Positions 24,900-39,399 of a stretch of DNA of 64,000 nt are shown here, piece by piece. A program made the translations under genes and the position numbers. Source of the stretch: Octopus sinensis (lineage: Eukaryota); contig NC_043004.1 of the NCBI RefSeq assembly GCF_006345805.1, positions 16,306,001 to 16,370,000 on the forward strand, read 5' to 3'. Under the pieces are notes generated by a model. The model had not been told where the DNA came from. It ran no database searches and saw nothing but the letters and a program-made list of their open reading frames with translations. Within the stretch, counting starts at the first letter, position 1, and every line of letters starts with the position of its first letter.

Positions 24900-27800
24900 T
24901 AGTTTTATTTTTATAGCGTGCTTTCACTTCGCTACCGAGCGCAGCTCTGTGTGCCTTGGGTATGTGCTGTGATTTGTTGTGATGCTCTGATGGTTATTGT
25001 GTGGAAAGTGTTCTGCGTAGGATGTGTACAGTGCCTAGTAGTGCAATTTTCTGTATGTTATATGTGTTTGTAAGTCCTGGTGTTTTTGTTATGTATTTGT
25101 CTGAATATTTTTTTATCATGCCTAATGCACCTACTATGATAGGAATTGTTTCTGTTTTCAGATTCCACATTCTAGTTACCTCTATTTCCAGGTCTTTGTA
25201 TTTTGAGAGTTTCTCCATTTCTTTTAGAGACACGTTGTCATCAGCCGGTATTGTTACATCAATTAGAAAGCATTTTTTTTCTTCATGATCTCTGACAAGT
25301 ATATCTGGTCTGTTGGCCTTAATTTCTTTATCGGTGTGTATCGGCATATCCCAGAGTATGGTTGCTTTCTCGTTTTCTGTGACCTTTTCTGGTGTGTGCC
25401 TATACCATCTTTTTTCTGTTGTTATTCCATAATGTTGGCATAGCTTCCAATGTATGTAGGTTCCAACTCTGTCATGTCTGTGAATATATTCCTTCTTAGC
25501 CAAGACTGGGCAGCTAGAGATAATATGATTTATTGTTTCTTGTCCATCTCCACATATTCTGCAGGTACTTGTTATATTTCTTTTCATTACATGTTTTTGG
25601 TAATTTCTGGTGGGGAGGCTTTGGTATTGTGCTGCAATTAAAAATCCCTCTGTTTCTGCTTTGAGTCCTGAGCTTCTCAACCATTGCTGGGATTTTTCTT
25701 TGTCTATTTCTTTTGCGTTTAGTTTAGTCCAGTATTTACCATGAAGGGGCTTTTCTTGCCATCGTTTTATCATGGTTCGTTGCTATTCTATATTTAGTTT
25801 GGATTTCATTTGTTTTATAGCTTTTGTTGTTTCTTCATCTTCTTCTTCTTCTTTATGTTTATTAGGTGGTATGATTTCTTGTTTGTATTTGTCAGCTTCC
25901 TTAAATACTGAGAACAGTTTTTTGTTTTGCTCGTGTTTTGCCGCTATCTGGATCAGTTTTCCTTCCTTCTGAAGTAGATATTTTTGCAGTCCTATGGTGG
26001 TTATTTTATAGTAGTTTTCCAGCTGTATAAGGCCTCTACCACCTTCTATACGTTGTATATATAGTCTTTCTATGTCAGATTTTGGGTGATGCATCCTAGA
26101 TCCTGTCATTATTTTTCTTGTTTTCCTATCTATTTTGGTCAGTTCATTTCGTGTCCAGTTAAGGGTATTGTAGCTGTAACTTATAACTGGGACAGCTAAA
26201 GTGTTGATACCTATTATCTTGTTTTTAGCATTGAGCTCTGTGTTTAGTATTGATCTAACTCGTCTATAATATTCTTTTTTTTATTTTCTCTTTCATTTGT
26301 GTGTGTTGTGTCTTATCTAGTTCATGGATTCCTAAGTATTTGTAAGTTTGGCTTTGGTCTAATTCTTTTATTTCAGTGGTTTTTATCTAGTGTGATGTTG
26401 TTACTCTTAACTAGTTTTCCTCTTTTCAGGGTTACTTTGGCGCATTTTTCTAATCCAAATTTCATATCTATTTCTTTGGTAAATCCATGGGGATGTCTTT
26501 AATAGTGTTTCCAGCTGTTTGTCATTTGCAGCGTATAGTTTTAGGTCATCCATATATAAAAGGTGGCTGATCGTTTTGCCGTAACATTTATATCCGCATC
26601 CAGTTCTATTTAGCATATCAGATAGAGGTGACAGTGCCAAGCAGATAAGGAGTGGAGAGAGCGTATCTCACTGGAATATTCCTCTTTTAATGGGGATGTC
26701 TTTGGTTTTCATGAGTCCCTCTTTTGTTTGGAGGTGTAGGGCTGTTTGCCATTTATTCATAGAGTGCTCTATGAATTTTATGATTGTTGGTGCTACTTTG
26801 TTAATGGCTAGTGTTTCGAGGATCCATGTGTGGGGGATGCTATCAAACGCCTTTTTGTAGTCAATCCAGGCCATACTGAGGCCTTTCTTCTTTCTGTGGC
26901 TGTCTTCAGTTATGGCTTTATTAATCATTAGTTGATCTTTACAGCCATATGAGCCTTTGCGGCATCCTTTCTGCTCTTCTGGGAACAGTTTGTTCAGCCT
27001 TTGTGATATCACTGCAGTAAATGCCTTGAACATAGTAGGGAGGCAGGTTATTGGTCTGTAGTTTTCTGGTTTTTCTGTTTCATTTGATTTGGGAATTAAG
27101 ATGGTTTTCCCCTTCGTGAGCCATTCAGGCATTGTCTCTAGCTCTGCTAGTACGTTGTTAAAGTTTTCAGCCAGCTTTTTGTGCATTCCTGTTAGATATT
27201 TCAACCAGAAATTGGGGATCTTGTCATGCCCAGGTGCCTTCCAGTTGCTTAGTCTTTGCAGTGCCTGGGTGACCTCTTCAGTTGTTATGGGGGTCCAAAG
27301 TTGTTCAGATGCCGAGTTTGTTATTCTGATACTCCTTTTTTTTGGTGGTTCGTTCGCCGACCATATTTCTCCCCAGAATTCTTCCAATTCTTCTGCTGTT
27401 GGTGCTGCAGTTACTTCTATTTTATTTTTGCCCAGTTCTTGGTAGAACTTTTTGGGGTTGGAGTTGAACTTTTTGTTTTCTTCAAAGATGCGTTGGCGTT
27501 TCTTGTACCGGCGGATCCTTTATGCTTTGGCAAGGATATCTTGCTTCAGCTTTTCTTTTATTCCAGGCAAATCTTTCTCTGTGATGTTATATTTGCGGAG
27601 TATTTTTGTTCTCTTTTTGTTGCTCAGTAGCGTTGATTATTTGCTGATTTCATTAAGAATCGACAGGTCTCTGCTAATTTTTTTTATTTTGCTTTGGATG
27701 TTATTTATCCACAGGGTTTGTTTGGGTGGTGGTACTCCTGTTTGGGCGGGTTTGGGTGAGTATCCAGCTTCTTTTGTGGCTGCAGTGGCTGCTGCGTATA

Positions 27801-28873
27801 TTAGGTTATTTAGCTCAGTGATATCACTTTTTTTTTATTCAGTGGCTATCAGTTCAGTGACGGCTAGGTTTATGCTGTTTATAATAGGTGTTGTTATTTT
27901 GTTTATTTTGATTCTTGGGAGGTATGGTCGGTGGTCCATTTTGAGCTCTGTGGTTTTCAGTTCTTTGATTATTTTATTTTTTATATTATCATAATCATTA
28001 GGCTCCCCTTCGTTGTTTACATCGTGTTTGTTGGGAATGTTGCGTTTGTCTTCGTGTTTTACAGTTTCAGTGTTTATACTATTGGGCATTGTTGTGTGGC
28101 TTCTATCTACATTTTCCTGGTGTATGTTTTCTTTTAGGTGTTCTATTTCTATTTCTGATATTTTTTATGTGTTGAGAATGTATCTTCGTACGTTAGCTAA
28201 TTTATTAGGGTTCATTGCTGTATCCAAGTCTATATCTCTATTATTTTCCTTCCATATTTTATATGTATGTGTTGTTGTATTTTCATTTTTTGTGTAGAGT
28301 ACTGCTGTGAAGTATGTGTGTAAGATAGAAATGTATTCCTCACGTGTCCATTTACGTCTTTTGGGTTTTATTTGCGGGACATGAGGTACAACGTCCGGCC
28401 CATTATTTTGAGGGTCGTCATTTTCGTAGGGTACCGGTCCGTTTATTTCTGTTGTCACATTATTTCGCACGTGTAGTTTTTCGTACATTTTTTGTTGTAA
28501 CTTTAATGTACGTACCGCTCGATTGTTATTCTTGAGTTGAATAGTATCGGTGGCATTTAATTTCTTCGTAGTTCCTTTGTACATGGTGTTTGGGGTCGGA
28601 GATGATCGTGATGTTCCACGCATGTTTACATATGTTGCGTTAGAGGCGGAGATGATATCGAGTCAAAATACATCATTTCGTTTCGAAAATAGTAATAAAT
28701 TTCAATTAGTATTACTTACTCGGATACAGTCCAATTCTTTGTTAGTAAAACTTTGGCTCCATAGGATGTCCTTGTTTTCGATGTTTGTGGATAGATTTCG
28801 GAGCTCTGAATTTTCCTTCTTACATCTTAAACGTCCCCAGTGTTCTCTCTTAAACGTCCCCGGTGTTCTCTCC
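24897..28873 (-). mobile_element. Near full-length R4/Dong-clade non-LTR retrotransposon (copy A), single ORF with RT, CCHC and restriction-like endonuclease; inactivated
   Basis: N-terminal KRRKWTREE, RT motifs NYRPITCL, WIDYKKAFDSIPH, RGIFQ, LLYMDDLKLY, zinc knuckle CRICGDGQETINHIISSC, RLE RPDILV...LIDVTIP...KLSKY. Six in-frame stops, two frameshifts (about 26390 and 26490); flanked by (TAA)n on both sides. Confidence 0.95.
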
Positions 28874-29015
<142 letters not shown>

Positions 29016-29658
29016 CTTCTTTGCACAGCTTCTAACGATGGAGATGTAATGCGGTGCCAGTTGCTCCCTAACTAAAGTAAAACCGTTCATTTTTGAGCAC
29101 TATCCAGAGTATTCGAATGGTTCTAAGCAGTGGTATTTTCTGCAAGTGCTCTACCCTTATTGCAGCGCCTATTCGTTGTATTTATCAAGGTTTTTACTCA
29201 CTGTTCTGAGGGCTACGTCAATTATTGGTACTACTACCACCTTTTTCAGCGACCACAATAACTTAACTTCCCAAGCTAACCTGTCATATCTATCGACTTT
29301 TCTTTCTTCCTTATCGCATACCTTGTCAGCTGGGTATGTTATATCTATGATCTAGCATCGTTTGCTTTCCTTCTCAATTATTATTCGTCCATAAATAGTA
29401 AGATTCCCTTTACCTCTTTCCACACCATACCCTAACTTTGTCTTCTGTAGTATTTCACTCAAGGGGATCTTTCACAGCGGAAAGTTTAGTGGGGTCACAC
29501 TGATGCCTGAAAGATTCCTCTCTTGATTTTCTCCAATCCTAATACCTGATACCCTGCTGTCAATTTATTTCTTCAGCATTTCATACTGTTCCATATAAGG
29601 CTTCTCATATGTTCTGCTACTCCATACATCGCCATTGTTCTTGTTATCCAGGAGTATG
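29016..29658 (-). mobile_element. R4/Dong-type element copy B (5'-truncated, large internal deletion)
   Basis: SWITRTMAMYGVAEHMRSL, KIKRGIFQ, LLFMD fused to IIIEKESKRC*IIDITYPAD...VDRYDRLAWEVK, then VEHLQK and a 3' UTR ending in (TAA)n. Confidence 0.8.
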
Positions 29659-29671
29659 ATATTATTATTAT

Positions 29672-31226
<1,555 letters not shown>

Positions 31227-31353
31227 ATTCGGGTTAAATTTGGCAGTTTGCATAAAGGAAAACTAAACAAAATACAAAATCTCCCGTCCGTAAATCACAT
31301 CATTTTAAAAAAATCAAAAAGGATCAACTAGATTATGGCTGGAGGATAAGCCT

Positions 31354-31860
31354 TTACTCATAGTATTCGCTCTCCGATTGTACTACAACCTGAAGACGGC
31401 TCCGGAACATATTGCATGTTGTCGTTGCCGTATCCCTGGGACGAGCTTCGTGCACCCCTTTGGTATTGGATATGAACACGTCCTTACATTTTCAGGTAGA
31501 TTGGTTGTGTCTTTCTCAACTGCGACCCACTCACATTTCATCCAATGGGATTTCAATCGGAGAAATAGGTTACTGGAAATTGGAGTTAATGAAGTCGTAG
31601 AAATTCTTTAATCACCACTTCTGACATTCTGCAGAGATACGGCAAGATGCCGAATCCTACTTCCTCACATATGGACTTCAAGCAGCAGCCCAGCCATAGA
31701 TTGACTACAATGTCCGGCAGCTTCAAATAGACCTCTGAATTGACACGAAGGTGTTATTCGATCAAATGTGGACGACTTTGTACTGGATGTTTATTTTCCC
31801 CTTACTGGCCACAGCTTCGTAATTTCCGTCGCAGCTGTCCATATCATGCCATACAGGTTT
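31354..31860 (-). mobile_element. maT-type transposase C-terminal relic
   Basis: Minus strand: LRVNSEVYLKL..VV, DSASCRISAECQKW*LKNFYDF..PISP, CNMFRSRLQVVVQSESEYYE*. Confidence 0.72.
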
Positions 31861-32344
31861 TACAACGTTCAAAGAACATTGAGCAGCATTTTGATACCCG
31901 GCCTTAATCATCACGATACAATTAAATTTACCAATATGTTTATGGCTTCCACTCCTCTACGTCAGGTAAACTATGTTTTAACTATACCTTTAATATTCAT
32001 AGTCTCGAACGCTGTTGACTGTTCACTAATACATCAAGTTATTCCTGGAAAAGGGAGATGTAACTTTCTTCAAATTTTGCCCAAAGATCCTATATATGTG
32101 TGTGCATTTATATATGTACATACGTCATTGTTCATTTTTATTTCAAGTTTTCTTACAAATAGAGAAAGAACTGGTTTCTTACCTAGATCCAAGGCTCCTA
32201 CATCGGAATTTTAACATCAACAACAGGGTATTTTTGTTTGTCTGTTTGTTTGTATGTATGTATTTGTGCATATTTGTATGATTTGCTTTATGTATGTATT
32301 CGCATGCCTATAGTTGCATGTCTAAGCCTGCTTATATATATTTA

Positions 32345-33225
32345 AATGATACACTTCTGGGAAGTCTTACAGATTTTTAGTTCCAGTGATAAACTGGATC
32401 TGTAGTCTTTGAATTAGCTTTCTCCTTTCTAGTTTTGAAAAGATTGGTCTTTAGGCAGTGTGTTACATATCCCATAGTCCCACTAATTACAGGTATAAAC
32501 CTGAACTTCTAATCTGGATAGAGTAACTGCAGATTTCTCAGTAGTTCAGTGTAGGTATTCTCTTTTTCACTGATCTTCAGCTTTACGTTAACATCCGCTG
32601 GGCAGCAAATTTCTACAGCTGTACACAGTTTCTCTTCTCTATGCCAAATCATTATATCAAGTATGTTTGTTAACATTTTATTGAGGTCTTCACTGGTACT
32701 CCAGCACTCCTTTTTATTTTGACTAGCTATGGCTTCTACCTTACTGTGAGTTTTTATTTCTTTGTCCTCGGCGTTATTCTTCCGACGGATTTGGTAGAAT
32801 TACCCGTGATGGCATTTTCGGACAACTGCTTATGATGTGGGTGATATATTCGATGTTAAGTTCTCGAAGTATGCATCGGTTGTCACATTTTACTTATTTT
32901 CCTGCATCTCTGTCCCTTTTGTGCATTAGGTACTTAGCTGATATTTCCTGTTCCTGGATTGTAAACGCATGCCCTTCAACTTGGGAGGTAGTAATCCGGC
33001 TATTGGTTCATGATAGACTATTTTAATGATCAATGTTACTAACATCTCGGAGCTTTCTACTAACATATCTATGCATAGTCTTCTGTTCATATAGGCTCAT
33101 GCTCTCATCTGATGATACGTTGTGCTTGAGTCGTGTGACTTCTTTCAGCATATATTCTAGGTTATCAGACAAGGAATGTTGCTCAAAAAGCTGCCTTCCA
33201 AGACTTATGAAGTTATCAGCCTTAT
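32345..33225 (-). mobile_element. RLE-bearing non-LTR retrotransposon 3' part (copy D, different family)
   Basis: QVEGHAFTIQEQEISAKYLMHKR, THIISSCPK, IWHREEKLCTAVEICCPADVNVKLKISEKENTY; bordered by (ATGT)n at 33226-33285 and decayed (ATGT)n near 32250-32300. Confidence 0.78.
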
Positions 33226-33232
33226 GTATGTT

Positions 33233-33264
<32 letters not shown>

Positions 33265-34552
33265 TGTATGTATGTATGTATGTATGTAGTAAATCATACA
33301 GACATTTGGACAGAGATAGCTAGTTCAACAAATAAATAAACACATAGTGTGTGGATATGTGTATGTTATAGATCCCTATATAATTGCTTATTCCAACATT
33401 AGTCTCATAGAATGCCTTGTTTATTCAATCTCTGTCTAGAACAATACATTCATGCAACTTAACATTTTAATATAACAATATAAATACCATCATTTAGATG
33501 CTTAACAAGGAATTAATGGAGATGTATAGATAACAGCATAAAAAAGAAATGTATACAGAAATCGAACACATATTAAAACACTCGTTATAAAGATATTTGG
33601 AAGCAGAAACAAATCATGTTGATTATATGTAAAATTGTCTTATATTTAAATCATGAATTAGTTTGCAGAAGAATAATTGGTTGAACTATATATCTTCGAA
33701 TACCTGAAGGCCGTAAATTGCTTTCCATGTGAGTACATGGTAAGTGAATCGGTTGGAAGTGTTGTAGCATTAAAAGTATGACTCTAAAATATTACGTTTC
33801 ATTGCACTGTCTGTTGCATTAACTCAATAAGAACTCAACCACGGTGTTACCCCAGCCACCAAGAAATAAGCCATATCTTATTGGTTCTGTTTTGTTTTTG
33901 AAAAAATATTTCTCGTTAAGTGAGTTTTCTGTAATGTACATTTTTCTTCAACATCAGTTTCGTCATCTCCTTATTTCTTATTTGCTACTGCTTATCAAGG
34001 TTTCAAACTATTCTGTCTAAGCGTCTTTATAATTACTGCACTACTTCGTACGTTACTATACAACACAACAATCTGTGTTCCTGTGGTTGATATTAACAAG
34101 CCAATGATACCAACCTTTATAATGAATTCGAACACGGGAACTGTGGCTTTCCATTAGCACTTTAAAATTATTTTACTAAATTAACTGCACTTCATAATTT
34201 CTCTCCATTCTTCAAAACTTATTCAATCAAACAGATAGCAATAATATGCTACGGTAACGTCCATTATCAGATCAGTATATAATCAATAGCACTTAAATAT
34301 AAAGTCCCAGTAAGGCATATTAAATTTACAGATCATATTAAATTTACATAACATGTTTCAACTTGAGAACTTTCCTGACGTAGATGCGTACGTGTGCGTG
34401 TGTGCGCAGGCGCATGCGTATTAATCAAAGTATGCACGTTCAGTTTCATCTTATGTTACTCATATGCTCAACATTCAAGTGAACGTGTGACATTTATAGC
34501 AAGGAGAAGTGAAATTAAAATTAACATGTAGCGAATTGATAGTACATACATG

Positions 34553-34700
34553 GGCACAAGACGTGGCAATGTGGTAAGTAGCTTGCTTCCCAACCACCCA
34601 GATCCGGGTTCAGTCTCACTGGTTGGTACTTGGGCCTTCTACTATATACTGGGGTCGACTATAGATTTAGTAGACGGAAACTGTAAGAAGCTTGTAGTAT
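34553..34700 (+). mobile_element. Octopus SINE family 2, 5' (tRNA-like/CORE-like) half
   Basis: GTGGTAAGTAGCTTGCTT...CCGGGTTCAGTC...CTTCTACTATA; homologous to 59848-60013. Confidence 0.75.
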
Positions 34701-34724
34701 AAATATATATATATATATATATCT

Positions 34725-34935
34725 TTTACCTGTTTCACTCATTTGGACTGCGAGCATACAGGGGCACCGCCTTGAATTTTTAGTCGAATGAATCGTCCCC
34801 AGTACTTATTTTTTAAGACTAGTGTTTATTCTATCGTTCACTTTTGCCGAACCGCTATGTTACGGGCACGTAAACACACAAACACTGGTTGTCAAGTTGT
34901 TATAGTAGTAAAAACACCGACACACACACACACAA
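34725..34935 (-). mobile_element. Octopus SINE family 2, 3' half
   Basis: CTTTTGCCGAACCGCTA...GTAAACAC shared with 59515-59730. Confidence 0.75.
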
Positions 34936-34945
34936 AGATGCATAC

Positions 34946-35000
<55 letters not shown>

Positions 35001-35731
35001 ATATATATATAATATATATATATATCTTAGAAGGTTTGGAGATGATGTACAGGTATTATATATTAGAAGAAATGAGGTACTCAGAAATCTGGATGGTTTT
35101 ATATTTACAGATATTTATTGGTATGTTACATGCTTTTATAAATCACATATCACATATAAGCGCTTTCGTCCACTCTAGTGGAGTTGTCAAATTGAACTTT
35201 TGCAGGAATTTTGTCACTTCTTATATTATTATTGAGTGTGTAGAGGTGGGGAGATATATAAGTTAGTACAAGATGGTGAGGAATGGAGAGAAAGTGAGAG
35301 AGAGCACGTGCCTGTGTGTGTGTGTGGCTGTTTCTTTTTATCTGAAAGATGTGTTAAAGAAACAGAGAAGGAGAGAAAGAAGAAAACAATTTCTTGATAT
35401 CTTTGCAGCTGGTCTGTCTTTCAATAGTTAATGATTCTTGGCTTTATATGCAGCGATCGTACTGCAGTACCTCTTGATATCCTCGTTGCTTATTTTGATT
35501 TTAATCACCTTACTTTGAAATTGTATGGATAATACCGTACTAAATTCTGGTGCCTCAACTTAAGTACCATATTCATCTGAAACAAAATTTTTGCTGAACT
35601 CATATATATATATATATATATAATATATATATATATTGGTAAAAACGGTAAGATAACAAAAGAAAGAAAGAAACCTCAATGTTATGTAAATAGAGGAATT
35701 TATCTGTAAATATAACGTGACAATTATTCGG

Positions 35732-35805
35732 TAGCCAAGATAAAACTCTGAGTTTCGGATGCCGAGGTAGAAATCCACACCACCATCTCTTCAGTTAACC
35801 GGCTA
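35732..35805 (-). ncRNA. Type I hammerhead motif with bulged helix I and extended helix II
   Basis: TAGCC-GGT-TAA-CTGAAGA-[GAT..GGTGG/CTACC..ATC]C-GAAAC-TC-A-GA-GTT-TTA-TCTT-GGCTA. Core at 35794-35788, GAAAC at 35756-35752, GTT site at 35746-35744. Confidence 0.55.
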
Positions 35806-36144
35806 TCGGAAAAAGGCTATGAAAAAAGACCGTTATACAAAGGGAAATTACTGTGTTATTGACCGCTATTTATACAAAAGCGCTATTTGAATGACCGCTA
35901 ATTAAGATAAGGGGGTAAAAAAGTTCATAGTATGCGCAAGCGCGCCTGTTCATACTATACATGTGTGCGTGTATGTGTGGGGGGTGTATGCATATGCATA
36001 TACATTTGGCGAAAGATGCGAGTGAAGATTGTACGTTTTTCTAGTGATGTATGCTCTAACCACTAGGCCATATGCCTCCACACACGCACAGACACAAAGA
36101 CACACACATATACACACATATCTATGTGTATAAATATATATATA

Positions 36145-36309
36145 TACGACGGGCTTCTTCCCGTTTCCGTCTACCAAATCCACTCACATGACTTTGTCCA
36201 GCCTGCGGCTATAGTAAAAGACACTTGCCCAAGATACCACGCAGTGGGAATGAACCCGGAACCACGCGGTTGGGAAGGTAAACTTCTTACTACAAAACCA
36301 CAACCACTC
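36145..36309 (-). mobile_element. Octopus SINE family 2, 5' half
   Basis: ACGACGGGCTTCTT...CTACCAAATCCACTCAC...CTTGCCCAAG...GAACCCGGAACC. Confidence 0.8.
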
Positions 36310-36499
36310 ATATATATATATTTATATATATATATATAATGATTGGTATCGGTTTATATTATGATATTTATATATTTAAACATAATTACGGAGTTGTTAC
36401 GACAGATTAAAATGTAAGAAGGCGTGAAGATACTATCTTGTATGCGTGCGTATGTGTGTGTGTTTGTGTGTATGTATGTGTATGTGTCTGGTTGCGTGT

Positions 36500-36770
36500 C
36501 TGTGCCTATGTCCCTCTGTGTCCCGCCACAACATGTGTTGATGTGGTTATATCCCCGTAAATAAGTGTTTCGCGAGAATAACCGATGGAATATATACCGT
36601 GCGTACCAAAAAAATAAGTACTAGGCCGATTCGTTCCGTCAAATCTATTCAAGGCGGTACCACAGCATGGCCGCAGGCTGATGAGTGAAGCAAGTGAATG
36701 GTAAAAAAATAAAGATATTGCTCCAGCATGATTGCAGCTACATGGCTGAAACGGATAAAAGAATAAAAGT
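36500..36770 (+). mobile_element. Octopus SINE family 2, degraded 3' half
   Basis: AAGGCGGTACCACAGCATGGCCGCAG tail motif. Confidence 0.6.
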
Positions 36771-37646
36771 ATAAAATTTATATGAATTTGCATAATTTTT
36801 ATTTGACCGAATAACATGTCAAAAGCTGTATCTCTCCCGTTTGTCCCGTGGTCACCCCTAATGAATATTCATTGACTATTTACGACTACATAATCAATCT
36901 AGCCATTCCTTTGTGTATTTGTAACTTTAAAATTTGAGAGATCGCTGCTGTCATTTGCAGACAGAACATCTATGTAGACGTTTCCTCGCTTCAAATTTCA
37001 TGAATGCCTAATTGTTTAACCACTGATAAGATCTCATTCAACAACCTTACGACCATATACACAATCCGTTACCTCTCTATCTTATATTACTGATTCATAG
37101 CCTTATGTTTTTTGCATTGCTTAAAACTTCCGGATACAACTAAGCATTATTTCAATTATTTCTAGCATATGTCGTAGACATTTAGAGGTTCTAACGTTGC
37201 CTCGACCGCTGTAATTGTGTACCATCTATTGATTTGATATTTTTCGACGTTGAACACCTTCATATTATTTTCGTACGCCACGGTTTCTCTTTGGCTATAT
37301 TGGAATCTAAGTACAATGAATTAGACAAATGAAGGTGTTAGATATAATTTCTATTATATCGAGTATGAATGTCGAAATACATCAGGACTCTCATTAATTA
37401 TGGAGCAATGTGAACGGAATATTCATCAATATCTCACAATATATAGTGGTCATTGCGATTATAGACATGACTTTCAGAAACACTTCTGAGATTACATCTA
37501 TTAAAGATTTTCTATTGTACACAAAATATATATTTTTATGTCAATAATTCGGAAATATGATTTACGATTCTATCCGAGAATAATGTCTATAGATTGATAG
37601 ATAGACAGATAAATAGATGTACGTATGTATGTATGTATGTACGTAT

Positions 37647-37740
<94 letters not shown>

Positions 37741-38960
37741 GCACGTCTGTATAATATGGGGGTACATCTATTGAGCGTGTGTTTCAGTGTATTTCTAAGT
37801 GTATAGTAGAGAAAGGGAGAAAGATTCACTTTCCGTGTGACTATGTATTTATGGTATAAATATAAATGTAATTTTATATCCCCAGTCAGCAACGGTGGCA
37901 TTTGTCGCTGTCGGAGATGTTTGGACGGTTTCTAAATAAAAGTAGCCCATCACTAATGCGTTTGATGAATGTACGAAAAGAGACTCTAGTTCTAACCGCA
38001 TCCAACTTCCAAGGCTCTGCAAATATGAAACAAATATATTGATAATATGTGAATGCTCTTCCACTTCAGGTATGTTCAGTACTACTACCTGTCGCTATTC
38101 ATTTTGAGAATTCTCACAACGAATTAGGGAGATGCTATTTCAATCTCGACATTGAATTTTCCCCCTGACAACTAAGAGTCAAAAGAGATACTGTAAGTTA
38201 TCGAGTTGAGCGCTTTAACAATTCCGGAAGGCCGCTGCAATTTCCCGGTACTTTATCAACTCTGAAAAGATGGCATATAATTTGAACTGAGTTGGATATA
38301 AAATCATAGAGCAGAGAGTTGGGATGACATATAGCGATGTTAATATGTACATGAGAAATATGGTATGTATGCGTTGGTGTATGTGTGTATATGTTTGTAC
38401 TCTGTGTCCATTTAGTGAAAATAACGAATCGAGATTTAATTGCATCATTCATTTAGCTAAATGCATCCAACGTAAGCCTCTCCTTCAATTCACTGTTCAA
38501 TTAAGGATTTAAATGTGAACATATCTTGTCTCTGTCCAATTAACTTTACCAAGGTGGGGTTTACACGTTTTGGAGGCGGCAGTGGTATGTTGGCCGTTGT
38601 GGGATTCGGGTTATGGTGTGTGGAGGTGCGCAGTGGTGGAGGAGTATGGGTGCGGTGTTCATGGCGGGGATGTTGGTGTTGTTCTATGGGTTTGGAATCA
38701 GAGCAGAGAGCCGAATTGAGAAGGAAGCAATGCTAATATGTACGCATATAATACATATGGTAAGCACCACCAACATCATCATCCTTTTCTCCACTTCTCT
38801 CTCTCCCTTCTCTCTCTGTCTTCCTCACTCCTCAACATCAGAACATCACCATTCTGCTAAAATTATATTTTTAACTTTCCTGATAACCGCATGATAAATA
38901 TTTAACCACGTAAAAAATATTAACAACATAATAAATATTATGTTCCCCCTACCTCACATT

Positions 38961-39140
38961 TTATAATGATTTAACTATTTAAATAAAAATCTTTAGTTTG
39001 TAATAAATAAATATTATTAATTGATTTATCTCTATTTTTTAGTTTTCCTTATATACATACATATATATACATACATGCACACACATATTCACACACACAC
39101 ACTCACACATACATACATTTAAATAGTTAAATCATTATAA
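38961..39140. mobile_element. Possible 180-bp MITE with perfect 24-bp terminal inverted repeats
   Basis: TTATAATGATTTAACTATTTAAAT (38961-38984) and its exact reverse complement (39117-39140). Confidence 0.45.
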
Positions 39141-39237
39141 CATAGAATCTCGTCTTAGGTAGAATAAAATATATATCTACCACTACATTTTTTTGTGTTA
39201 AGTGTACGGAATATTTCACCAAACTGAGTACTATATA

Positions 39238-39337
<100 letters not shown>

Positions 39338-39399
39338 TGTATGTATGTATGTATGTATCGTCAGTAGCTCATATCGGGAAAAAGAAGCACAATCTAAAG

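Noticed and set aside
25001-28535. Plus-strand ORFs of 60-180 aa overlapping element A
   Set aside because: Antisense shadows of the retrotransposon ORF.
31768-32214. 148-aa plus ORF
   Set aside because: Partly antisense to the maT relic; no independent motif.
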